Assembly: GCA_964016885.1 (NCBI GenBank)
Contig: OZ024751.1
Coordinates: forward strand, 21,514,001 to 21,578,000
Origin: Eledone cirrhosa
Lineage: Eukaryota
Direction of reading: 5' to 3'
Length of the DNA stretch: 64,000 bases
In this document: piece by piece, positions 13,367 through 25,497 of the stretch
How positions within the stretch are numbered: position 1 is the stretch's first letter
How the letters are laid out: every line of letters starts with the position of its first letter
Translations under genes and position numbers: made by a program
Notes under the pieces: model-generated
Told to the model about the DNA's origin: nothing
Database searches by the model: none
What the model saw: the letters and a program-made list of their open reading frames with translations, nothing else

Positions 13367-13654
13367 GATTTAGTGGTTTGGGTCACTCTCGGATCTTACC
13401 GAATTCCACACATGGAGGACTTACCTGTGATGCCGACAGTTGGAGAACATCACAGCTTTTTTCTGTTACCGTTTAATTATTTCAACGAAGATCCATCAGT
13501 CGGTTCTAGAAACGCCATTCGTATGGAAATGCAGGAAGACGGTAAAATTAAAATTGAACGTTATGGGGTCTCAAATAAACAGCAATGTGTCCCCAAATCG
13601 TCTAAATTCGATGATATGGTAACTCGAAATCCGAATCTGATGTTTGGTGGATGA
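13367..13654 (+). CDS. Copper amine oxidase-like protein, terminal coding exon (aa 689-783)
   Basis: Acceptor ttttgttttgtag|GAT in phase 0. Encodes DLVVWVTLGSYRIPHMEDLP...FFLLPFNYFNEDPS, matching the family C-terminal DLVAWVTxGFLHIPHxED...LRPFNFFxEDPS region. Stop TGA at 13652-13654. Confidence 0.93.
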   Translation, partial: DLVVWVTLGSYRIPHMEDLPVMPTVGEHHSFFLLPFNYFNEDPSVGSRNAIRMEMQEDGKIKIERYGVSNKQQCVPKSSKFDDMVTRNPNLMFGG

Positions 13655-13940
13655 AATGAGATCGATTAATTGAGACCATAGTTTGATGATTGGTGGATGA
13701 GAGGTGATCGATATTTGAGACATTATTCTGATGATTTGTGGATGAGATAGGATCGATAATTGAAACCCTATTCTGATTTCTGGTGGATGAGATGTGATCG
13801 ATTATTTGAAACCCGAGCGTGATGATTAGTGGATGAGATAGAATCGATAACTGAAACCATACGCTGATGTTTCGTGGATGAGATGAGATCGATATTGGAG
13901 ACCCTAGTCTAATGTTTGTGGATGTGATGTGATCGATATT
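13610..13940. repeat. Degenerate ~45-bp tandem repeat overlapping the amine oxidase stop codon
   Basis: gtggatgagat(g/a)(g/t)gatcgat recurs ~7 times. Confidence 0.8.
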
Positions 13941-14997
13941 TTGTGGTGGTAGGGGGAGGTTGTTTCGCTTCCAGATCATCTCAGATCAAACGACAGTCCT
14001 GTGATCGAAGGCGTTCCACCCATGGACATCATACTTTGTTATTTCAGCCTTAACATATCTAGGACTATATGTACAAATATGCGTTTCCTTTTATTAAAAG
14101 GGTAAAGTATGATTTAAGGGAAATTTTTTCTCTAGAAGCTTGCTCGGGAGCTGAGTTTCGCTTTTGTCTTTTAGTTTTGCTTTTTTTTATTTGTTTTATT
14201 TTTTGCTTTGATTTATGATTTTTTTTTCTGATTTTTTTTGTGTGTGTTTTTTTTTTGTTTGTTTGTTTTTTGTGAGATGACTTGTTTTCTCCAGTGTTCT
14301 GAAATTCACAAAAGAAAAATGGTTTGGAAGCTGAAGATTAAATGACAAGAGTGAAATTATATTTATATCTATTTATTTTTTGTTTCATACTTACATAAAC
14401 TCTCATATTATTATTGTTGTTAATACGTTGTAAATGATGCTATTGATGTTGCTGTTGCTGTTATTGTTGTTATTGCAATACATAGTGCAATGAGTGGAAG
14501 AAATGAGTGAAACGACAAATCAAATGTCATGTGATATTTGGTTACTGTAAATATATTTCTTTTATATCTATGAAATTCTTAAAGATAATACTAGAATTCA
14601 TTACTGGCCAATGGGAAGTTACTTCTACTCCTTGCACTGAAGATCCTATTTAGTTACAGTCAATAACTGTCAATTTATCCAGTGGCAGTAATAGGTTTTG
14701 CCCAGCAACAACCTGTGAAGGCTTTCATCTAGAAGCATTTGGTGGAAGATATGTCCGACAGAAGTCCTTTCAGCGACAGTTGACAGGAATCGCCAATCAC
14801 TGATCGCACCACGTGACGTGCATCAAATAATTAAGAATGTGCCTTACACAACGACCAATAAAAATCAGCCCTATTTAGAAGTTGCCAAAACCTTTTCGCT
14901 CAGGATCTCGCATTTAATTCTGAGTCAAATTGATTCTACAAACAAATAAATATAACCTCTACTAAACGCATTGAGTGGTCTTTTCTTTCGTATACAT

Positions 14998-15059
<62 letters not shown>

Positions 15060-15104
15060 TATATATAAATATATACACAGACAGATATATATACACATAC
15101 ACAG

Positions 15105-15151
<47 letters not shown>

Positions 15152-15249
15152 CTTTTACTCTTTTATCTGTCCAAGCCATCCGGCTGAGGCCTAATCCTAA
15201 CCCTAACCCCTGTTGCTACACGTTCTGTGTTGGCTGGTCATACGTGTAA

Positions 15250-15591
15250 GAGGGAGTTCGTTGCTGCTCCCCTTAGGTTACCTTCGTACCGTGCAATGGA
15301 CTCATCCGGGATCGTGGATAGCAGAGTGGTCAAGATGTTTCTTGAAATATCCACGTCCACACCATGCAGATCTCTCAAATTTCTTGGCACTTGATGAAGA
15401 GTTGAGTGCCTTTAACCCCAGACTATTTCAATATATGCTCCTTATTATAGATGTAAAAGACGGGACCTTTGGCACCACACAGAGACGTCCTGTTCTGGGG
15501 TTGGTCCAGCTCTCAATGCCAAAGTTTGGTGCTCGTCCCTCCAGGATTTTCCTTATGTATATCACTGTGTATTTCTTCCGTCTTCGTTCTA

Positions 15592-15596
<5 letters not shown>
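15250..15596 (-). mobile_element. CR1/L2-type LINE ORF2 3' fragment
   Basis: Minus strand SLERRRKKYTVIYIRKILEGRAPNFGIESWTNPRTGRLCVVPKVP...RNLRDLHGVDVD, with frameshifts. Confidence 0.75.
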
Positions 15597-15656
<60 letters not shown>

Positions 15657-15888
15657 ACATATATATATATAGGAACGATCGACTTTCGTCAAATCGGACC
15701 GAGGGAACAATGTTTCCGTTGGTCTTTCCAATTGCTAATACTATCTATCGGTCGCAACTCCAGGTAGAAGGAGCAACGTGAAATAAAGTGTCTTGCTCAA
15801 GGACATAACGCATCACCTGGTCCAGGAATCGAACTCACAACCTTACGATTCCGAATCCAATTCCCTAACCACTCAGCCACACGCCATA

Positions 15889-16109
<221 letters not shown>

Positions 16110-16170
16110 ATATATATATGTATGTATATATATATATATATGTATGTATATATATATATATATATATATA

Positions 16171-16282
16171 GGAACCAGTAAGACCCCGACAGCTGAGCTC
16201 AAGCCGTTTCGACGGCTAATTCTGGACTAAATGAACATTTATCCTGGTATTTAAATAGCCGATCTTCTCAAGGGGTAATTCC
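16171..16282 (-). ncRNA. Mirror copy of the U3-A8 hammerhead on the opposite strand
   Basis: Exact reverse complement of 16437-16548, forming the left arm of the 16168-16551 palindrome. Confidence 0.72.
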
Positions 16283-16436
16283 ATATATGGTCAAAGTGAT
16301 TGTCAAAAATCAGTAGTAATTCTGTGGTTGCAAATTAGTAGGGGAGATGGTGGCTAAACCTGCCGCCACCATCTCCCCTACTAATTTGCAACCACAGAAT
16401 TACTACTGATTTTTGACAATCACTTTGACCATATAT

Positions 16437-16548
16437 GGAATTACCCCTTGAGAAGATCGGCTATTTAAATACCAGGATAAATGTTCATTTAGTCCAGAAT
16501 TAGCCGTCGAAACGGCTTGAGCTCAGCTGTCGGGGTCTTACTGGTTCC
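16437..16548 (+). ncRNA. Type I hammerhead ribozyme, U3-A8 core variant (family A)
   Basis: Stem I GGAAUU-ACCCC / GGGGU-(CUUACU)-GGUUCC. Core UUGAGAA (16448-16454). Stem II GA(U)CGGCUA/UAGCCGUC. GAAA at 16509-16512. Stem III ACGGCU/AGCUGU with loop UGAGCUC. GUC cleavage triplet ends at 16531. Confidence 0.75.
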
Positions 16549-16628
16549 TATTACCCACTCTACTACCTCAAGTATTGAGTACTTTGGTGCGTTATGGTCC
16601 ACCTGGTTCCTTACCACATTTCCTTCGT

Positions 16629-16829
<201 letters not shown>

Positions 16830-16866
16830 GTATATATATGTATGTATATATATATATATATGTATG

Positions 16867-16915
<49 letters not shown>

Positions 16916-16920
16916 GTATA

Positions 16921-17075
<155 letters not shown>

Positions 17076-17219
17076 TAGAAAGTGAACAACACAAAATATA
17101 ATGGAGTAGTTATATATTGTGTTGTTCACTTTCTAATCAAATAGCTCTGTTCTATACATAGAGCACTCTTGTTTCCTTTGCTTTTCCTTTGGAATTACCT
17201 AACATGTGTATATATATCA

Positions 17220-17249
<30 letters not shown>

Positions 17250-17251
<2 letters not shown>

Positions 17252-17448
17252 ACGAAGGAAATGTGGTAAGGAACCAGGTGGACCATAACGCACCAAAGTA
17301 CTCAATACTTAGGGTAGTAGAGTGGGTAATAGGAACAAGTAAGACCCCGACGGCTGAGCTCAAGCCGTTTCGACGGCTAATTCTGTACATAAATAGTACA
17401 GAATTAGCCGTCGAAACGAATTAAGCTCAGCCTTCGGGGTCTTACTAG

Positions 17449-17451
<3 letters not shown>
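17250..17451 (-). mobile_element. Family A truncated copy with short inverted duplication
   Basis: Near-identical to 16495-16630 (reverse complement), followed by an inverted GAATTAGCCGTCGAAACG segment. (TA)n flanks. Confidence 0.7.
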
Positions 17452-17517
<66 letters not shown>

Positions 17518-18020
17518 TGGGGGAGATTTTATTAATGTTCACACATTTATGAACATTAATTGAATCTAAATAAGCTCTCTTGAGCATTTTTTGTTTGTCT
17601 CACACATAGGTGTGTGTGTGGATCGGTGTGTAACTTGAATGCTTCATCGGGTTTCGTTATTCATTGTTCAGTCATTTTCTGTTACGCCCAAATGCTCTGA
17701 GATAAGATTTATAAACAGCTGATGATTTACGATATCTAAAACAAACACGAATAGGACTTTTTGAAATAAAACAATATCAACACGATAAGAAAGTACCACA
17801 AACGAGGTGATCTGTCATGTCTAACCTGATTAGTTTTTTCGTTGTTTTGGTATTGTATGATTGGCTTTTGCCTGCCGCAATTTTCAATTTGTCAAGCTAT
17901 CTAAACGTAATGTTATTACTCTAAGGATCTACCCTTATTGAGTGCTTTGCTACTCATTCCTAATGGTAGGTCGACTTTGCTTGGCCGCAGCCAAATCTTC
18001 GATTTTACTAAGCTTCCACT

Positions 18021-18107
<87 letters not shown>

Positions 18108-18419
18108 TTTTCCGTGACAAGGGGTCTTTACCCAATTTTTATAAACTATTTTATTGCAAATATATATATAGGTTAGGTTTGCTTCTCATATATATGTATA
18201 GAAAACCAGAGTGTCAATGGAAAAATTAATTTCTTTCATACAAAAACCATATGAATATGTTTATACCTTTACTTCCTCACGACTAACTTTTTCTCTTTAA
18301 ATCTGTATATATTATATAAACCCATTGAGCGCTCCTTTTTTTTAAGTGGCAATTATTTATCATTATTTCCTTCGAGAATTGTTTGTATAGTTCTACCTTT
18401 GCTGTATATATATACATAT

Positions 18420-18487
<68 letters not shown>

Positions 18488-18519
18488 GGAGTGATTGAAA
18501 AAGAGATAGACAGATGGAT

Positions 18520-18740
18520 AATATGAGGCTACCAATTAAAAGGCTAGTAATACTATTATATTAAAGGGGTACTCCATACTTAGTAGAAGAAAGTAGAGTG
18601 TGTATATTATTTTATATGTGTAAGCTCAACGGTCAAGCTTAAACCGTTTCGCTGGTTCAATGGAAATTAAATTCATTAGGCTGAATATATTTTCTATTCA
18701 AATATCGAAGCAGTTTAAACTTGACCGTTGAGCTTACATG
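18520..18740 (-). mobile_element. Divergent family A relative with inverted end
   Basis: Minus strand GAAACGGUUUAAGCUUGACCGUU. Tail gtactccatacttagtag..agtagagtg resembles family A. Inverted copy at 18705-18740. Confidence 0.5.
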
Positions 18741-18748
18741 TACGAAAT

Positions 18749-18921
18749 AATTGTTTCTACTTTTGGCACAAGGCCAGCAATTATATCAGTGTATTACTGG
18801 TACTTTATTTTATCGACTCCGTAAGGATGAAAGGCAAAGTTAACCTCGACGGGATTTGAACTCAGACCATAAAGGGCCGTAACTCTTTGCTGCAAAGCAT
18901 GGCGTCCGACCTTCTACCGAT
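18749..18921 (-). mobile_element. SINE family 1
   Basis: Reverse-complement match to 12710-12895. Confidence 0.8.
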
Positions 18922-21259
18922 GAAATAATATGTAAATCATGTGGAATATATATTTGTAGTTTAGCAGTTAATGACTACCGAGTAACAGACTTGGAGTTTC
19001 ATAGACATGGAAACATGTGTTTAATGTTTCACACAACGGGATCTTTTGAAGATCCCGTTAAGAGTGAAAGCAGCGATTCTTTGCTCAAACTTTAATCTGT
19101 TATTTTAATAAATATATATATAGTTCTGCTTGACCGGCAACCGCTCTGAATAATCAGTTCCTTATTATTACTACAATTCTATAAGAATCAAACATTCATG
19201 ATTTTCAGCAAACAGGTGGAGTACTTAGCTTTGATAAGCACCAAAAAGTGTGAAACAGAACTCTGCCAGCTTTATCTCCCCTGTTTGCTGAAAATTAAAG
19301 TAAGTGAGACTGTCTCTACTCTAAAACAATAGCGTAAGGTCTTCTAAATGCTTTTAATTAAGCATACAGTGTATTGCAAAATACACTTAAAATACATTCA
19401 TATATATATATACATTCATATATAAAATAAAATTTAAATGTGAAGAGAGGGGTAAAATGAAAGCAGACAAGAAAATCATGACTAAAACAATAATGAACAG
19501 ATATTTTATGTAAAGATACTTTTAATATATGATTTGAATATATTTAAATGATAATATATCAAAATATATATAATAGATTCGGATAAAATGTTTTTATTTA
19601 AAATATAATTAAAAAAAACAATTAATAGTTGTGATATAAGACATGAATATAAAGGTAAGGGACATTTTACAATTTCAGCATTGAATGTGAATATATTTAA
19701 CTATGTATGTATGTAGGGACCCTTGACCATTAACTCCCTGATGGAGACGTAGGGGCGTCGTAGTGACATATGGTATGTCTTGGGCATGTTAAACCTGGCG
19801 GAGTCCATCTCATCTCCAGGTCTGAACACTGCCGATTTCTTCCACAGATAGAGGCAGAGAGAAATGGAGAAAGAGATAGATAGATAGATAGCTAATGAGA
19901 GAGAAAGGTAGAAAGATAGAGAATGAGAGGGGGGGGGGTAGAAAGAGAGAGAACGGGAGAGGAAGAAAGCTAGACAGATAGAAGAAAGGGGAAAGATATA
20001 TAGAAGAAGAATCGGCCCCAACACTGGAATGATATATTTCTATCGACCCCGAAAGGTTGTAAAGGCAAAAGTTGGACTCGGCTGGTTTTAAACTCAGAGA
20101 GAGCAGTGAACCGGAAGGAATACCAGATAACACTCTATCTGACGTTCTAACAACTCTACCATTTTGCCGTCATGTTTTAAGTAATGTAGTGAAGAGTTGA
20201 GCGGAGGGATTGTTGATCTGGGGATTATGATAGCAATGAATAATGATATAATGATATATCAAATAGTTTGACTTGCAGACCTTGAGTATATAGAGATAAA
20301 GATATTTACAATGATGTAATGGTGTATGAAAATAGATAAGGTCAAAGGGCGTTATATGATACGATGTGGTAATGGTTATCAAAAAGATTTGATTATAAAC
20401 ATAGCTTTACAGAGAAACTGTACAATGCAAGGGAACTAGTGTTGTATATGTTGTTTGTGCGTGTATTTTTGTGTGATTGAGGGGGAGGGAGAGGGGGGGG
20501 GGGGTTCGTTTTTCAAATTTGTTTTTGTTTTTCAAAATTACTGTTGTATTTGTTTTCGCCTGGACCGTGTTGCACTAACACCTATTTCGTCCATGTTATC
20601 GTTCTCTTCCCCCTTATTCTTCACTGTTGTAATAATCCCCTTCTCTCTCTACCGTTTCTGCTTCACATTTGAAAAGGGAGTATTAGCCCTGAAATATTCT
20701 GGGTAAAACATTACTTTGTTTTGCCCTTCATATTCTTCTACCACATTATCAGTCATTTATTACATATCTCACAGTGATTCATATTAACTATGTTACTTTA
20801 AAAACAACATCGCTTTCACTTCTATAGTTCCTTTATATTAGATATTTTTCTTTTGTGTGTGTATTTGTGATTCTTTAGAGTAATAAAATAAACCATAAAC
20901 TGTATGTGTAAGAAGGATTTGAAAAGAAACATGTTCGATCTAAGTTAATATTTACAGTTATATGTATAACTGTGTATGAGGCTCATGCTGTTTTGGTTAA
21001 CGAATCGATATTCATTGAAAGAGATTCTCTTAAAAAAAAAAGAATTCAGATTATAATATCGATTTACAACTCTGTGTGTGTGTGTGAATAAGAAAGAACG
21101 AGTAGTTGAGTGTGTGTGTGTGTGTGTGCGAAAGAGAAAGACAGTAGCCATCTAGAATAATACCGAGACATACTGATATGCATTGTCTGAGAAAACCTTT
21201 ATTGTTAAGCGGTGATAAAGCAGGAACACCAGACGTAATCCCTCATCTCTCTCTCTCTC

Positions 21260-21309
<50 letters not shown>

Positions 21310-21398
21310 TCTCTCACACCCTCTCTCTCCCTGTGTGCGTGTATGCGTGTGTGCGTGTGTACGCTGTTCTTTCTTTCTCTCTTCTTCTCTCCCTCCTT

Positions 21399-21431
<33 letters not shown>

Positions 21432-21432
21432 G

Positions 21433-21480
<48 letters not shown>

Positions 21481-22026
21481 CGTACATACATACACATATA
21501 TATAAAAATGATTACATATATTACAAATATATATCTACTATCTATGTATGTGTGTGTGTGTGTGTGTAGACGAGAGCGTGCAAGCGTGTGATATAGGATA
21601 TTTCATGAAATGCTATATATGTGTATCAATAATAAAACTGAGTTGAAATATAACATTGTGAGTGGAGATAAACATAAATAAATTAATAAATTGAGAATTT
21701 TATCATACAAGTTTATGAGTGACCGCTGCAACACCGCCTAAACCAATTGGAACGTACAAATACGCATATATATATATACATATAGATGTATTTATATATC
21801 AAAGTACATACATACACACATACATAAATTCATACATATACACTCACATGCATTTATAAATATATACTGAAATATGCCATCTTATAACATCTTATATATG
21901 TATATAGTTATATATATATATATAGTAATAATAATAGTAATAATAATAAATTTGAAGACTAAAATCCAAAGAGGGATCCCGTTAAGGGTGAAAGCAGCGA
22001 TTCTTTGCTTAAACTTTAATCTGTTA

Positions 22027-22083
<57 letters not shown>

Positions 22084-22125
22084 GATATATTAACAAATGG
22101 AAACTATATTTATTAAAACCATATT

Positions 22126-22190
22126 TATTTCATTATACATATTTCAAGGACACCAAGTTAAATTATGGTGTGCTTTCATCAGATAAAATA
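22126..22190 (-). ncRNA. Minimal type I hammerhead ribozyme (family F), sense and ~640-700 nt downstream of the follistatin stop
   Basis: Minus strand reads UAUUUUAU-CUGAUGA-AAGCACACCA(loop)UGGUGUCCUU-GAAA-UAUGUAUA^AUGAAAUA. Canonical core, stem I with one GU pair, 2-bp stem III. Confidence 0.75.
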
Positions 22191-22384
22191 TAATATATAA
22201 TATAATTTAACCTGGTGTCCTTGAAATATATATAATGAAATAAATATGGTTTTATAAATATAGTTTCCATTTGTTAATATATCATATTTTTACTCCAATA
22301 ATTTGTTGAGTGCTTTATATCAGTTATATCCCAACAATTTAAATAGAACTTCTTGTTGTATCCCAACAATTTAAATAGAACTTC

Positions 22385-22480
<96 letters not shown>

Positions 22481-22824
22481 CATTCACATTCACGCGCACG
22501 TGCATATACTCACTGTATTAATCCCCCAAACAATTGCAGCTGTTAGTTGCCTTGCAACAATTGAAGGTTCTTAAGGCATTTCTATCCATTTTCTAACCTT
22601 TGAATCTTATTAAGAAATACCAAACATGAAGAATGTTCTTTGCTCATGCCCCGTTCTTATTGACTGTTTCAGTTATGTTTCCTTTGTTTGTTTGTTTGCT
22701 TATTTATTTTTCTTTCAATATATATATATATATATATATCAATCGCCCTCTTTACTCATTATAGCTTGGCGCAATGTCGTCGCTTTTGTTTATCTACCAC
22801 ATGGTAAAGCAGAGATTTTCGGGT

Positions 22825-22904
22825 TTATGGAGTGGCGGCTGTCGTTGAAGACGATAAATGCTGGTCGTGCTGTTTCATACTATGTGTGGTCGTTGTGTTC
22901 GAAG
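22825..22904 (-). CDS. FST: Follistatin exon 6 (C-terminal tail ASNTTTTHSMKQHDQHLSSSTTAATP*)
   Basis: Strong acceptor ttcttttcttttttcttaatgttttcag in the required phase 1, then 26 residues and TAA. Total CDS 1035 nt = 344 aa. No homology support for the tail itself. Confidence 0.7.
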
Positions 22905-22999
22905 CTGAAAACATTAAGAAAAGAAAAGAAATTGACACATAATAAAGGGAAAGATCAAATGCGCATATATTTAGCATTATTTGTGGGGAGAAGGGCGGG

Positions 23000-23530
23000 G
23001 GATTGGCAGTATCAGTAGAAGGTCGGACTCCATGCTTTGCAGCATAGAGTTGCGCCACTTTATGGTGTGAGTTCAAATCTCGCTGAGGTTCACTTTGCCT
23101 TTCATCCTTACAGGGTCGATAAAATAAAGTACCAGTAATGTACTCGGTTATTGCTGGCCTTGTGCCAAAACTAGAAACTATTATTTGTGGAGAGGGGCGG
23201 TATCGGTCTCATTATTGAATACCCCTGTCAATCAAATTATAGCAACACCCATGAAGGGATAGATTTTGATCAAATTAAAACAAATTTATTTATCATTTGT
23301 TATCGAAACGGTAGAAACTTAACCGTATAGCAGAGAATCCTTATAATAATTGTTTCTACTTTAGGCACAAGGCCAGCAATTACCCAGTGCATTACTGGTA
23401 CTTTATTTTATCTACCCCGTAAGGATGAAAGGCAAAGTCAACCTCGGCGGGATTTGAACTCAGATCGTAAAGGGACGTAACTATGCTGGAAAGCATGGCG
23501 TCCGACCCTCTACCGATACTGCCAGTCCAC
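23000..23530. mobile_element. Inverted pair of SINE family 1 (23000-23185 +, 23346-23530 -)
   Basis: Two full copies tail-to-tail, ~160 nt apart, in follistatin intron 5. Confidence 0.85.
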
Positions 23531-23634
23531 ATAATAATATCTACACTACATTTTTCTTAAGCAATAGAATTTTTTGAATCATACATTATTTTTATCTTTT
23601 AATGTATGATTTTGTTTTCTTGGAATTAGTTTTG

Positions 23635-25331
23635 GAAGTTGTTTGAAGTTAAGTTAGACTAGCTATGTATGATGGGTTGTTTGAAGCTAAGTTAGACTAG
23701 CTATGTATGATGGGTTGTTTGAAGCTAAGTTAGTCTAGCTATGTATGATGGGTTGTTTGAAGCTAAGTTAGACTAGCTATGTATGATGGGTTGTTTGAAG
23801 TTAAGTTAGGCTAGCTATGTATGATGGGTTGTTTGAAGTTAAGTTAGACTAGCTATGTATGATGAGTTGTTTGAAGTTAAGTTAGGCTAGCTATGTATGA
23901 TGGGTTGTTTGAAGTTAAGTTAGACTAGCTATGTATGATGAGTTGTTTGAAGTTAAGTTAGGCTAGCTATGTATGATGGGTTGTTTGAAGCTAAGTTAGA
24001 CTAGCTATGTATGATGAGTTGTTTGAAGCTAAGTTAGACTAGCTATGTATGATGAGTTGTTTGAAGCTAAGTTAGGCTAGCTATGTATGATGGGTTGTTT
24101 GAAGCTAAGTTAGACTAGCTATGTATGATGGTTTGTTTGAAGCTAAGTTAGGCTAGCTATGTATGATGGGTTGTTTGAAGCTAAGTTAGACTAGCTATGT
24201 ATGATGAGTTGTTTGAAGCTAAGTTAGACTAGCTATGTATGATGGGTTGTTTGAAGCTAAGTTAGACTAGCTATGTATGATGGTTTGTTTGAAGCTAAGT
24301 TAGGCTAGCTATGTATGATGGGTTGTTTGAAGCTAAGTTAGACTAGCTATGTATGATGGTTTGTTTGAAGCTAAGTTAGGCTAGCTATGTATGATGGGTT
24401 GTTTGAAGCTAAGTTATACTAGCTATGTATGATGAGTTGTTTGAAGCTAAGTTAGACTAGCTATGTATGATGGGTTGTTTGAAGCTAAGTTAGGCTAGCT
24501 ATGTATGATGAGTTGTTTGAAGCTAAGTTAGACTAGCTATGTATGATGGGTTGTTTGAAGCTAAGTTAGGCTAGCTATGTATGATGAGTTGTTTGAAGCT
24601 AAGTTAGACTAGCTATGTATGATGGGTTGTTTGAAGCTAAGTTAGACTAGCTATGTATGATGAGTTGTTTGAAGCTAAGTTAGACTAGCTATGTATGATG
24701 GGTTGTTTGAAGCTAAGTTAGACTAGCTATGTATGATGAGTTGTTTGAAGCTAAGTTAGACTAGCTATGTATGATGAGTTATTTGAAGCTAAGTTAGACT
24801 AGCTATGTATGATGAGTTGTTTGAAGCTAAGTTAGACTAGCTATGTATGATGAGTTGTTTGAAGCTAAGTTAGACTAGCTATGTATGATGAGTTGTTTGA
24901 AGCTAAGTTAGGCTAGCTATGTATGATGGGTTGTTTGAAGTTAAGTTAGACTAGCTATGTATGATGGGTTGTTTGAAGCTAAGTTAGACTAGCTATGTAT
25001 GATGGGTTGTTTGAAGCTAAGTTAGACTAGCTATGTATGATGAGTTGTTTGAAGCTAAGTTAGGCTAGCTATGTATGATGGGTTGTTTGAAGTTAAGTTA
25101 GACTAGCTATGTATGATGGGTTGTTTGAAGCTAAGTTAGACTAGCTATGTATGATGGGTTGTTTGAAGCTAAGTTAGACTAGCTATGTATGATGGGTTGT
25201 TTGAAGCTAAGTTAGACTAGCTATGTATGATGAGTTGTTTGAAGCTAAGTTAGGCTAGCTATGTATGATGAGTTGTTTGAAGTTAAGTTAGACTAGCTAT
25301 GTATGATGAGTTGCTTGAAGTTAAGTTAGAC
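23635..25331. repeat. 38-bp minisatellite, ~44 copies
   Basis: Unit ttgtttgaagctaagttagactagctatgtatgatg(g/a)g. Confidence 0.97.
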
Positions 25332-25497
25332 GGCATTATTACACATTATTTCCTTGTAGATCAATAAGTACTATTTAATCTTCCTTGTCTCTCCTGTCTA
25401 TCTCACATGGATGAGCTAATTGACATCTTGTAATTTATAAAATGAGATAGCATCAAATAAATTTTTTTTAATAAAAAAAATATTTTTTTAAACTTAC

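Noticed and set aside
14793-14862. CCAAT/CACGTG/TGACGTG cluster resembling an ER-stress element or promoter
   Set aside because: CCAAT-to-CCACG spacing is 11, not 9, and no associated gene start is visible.
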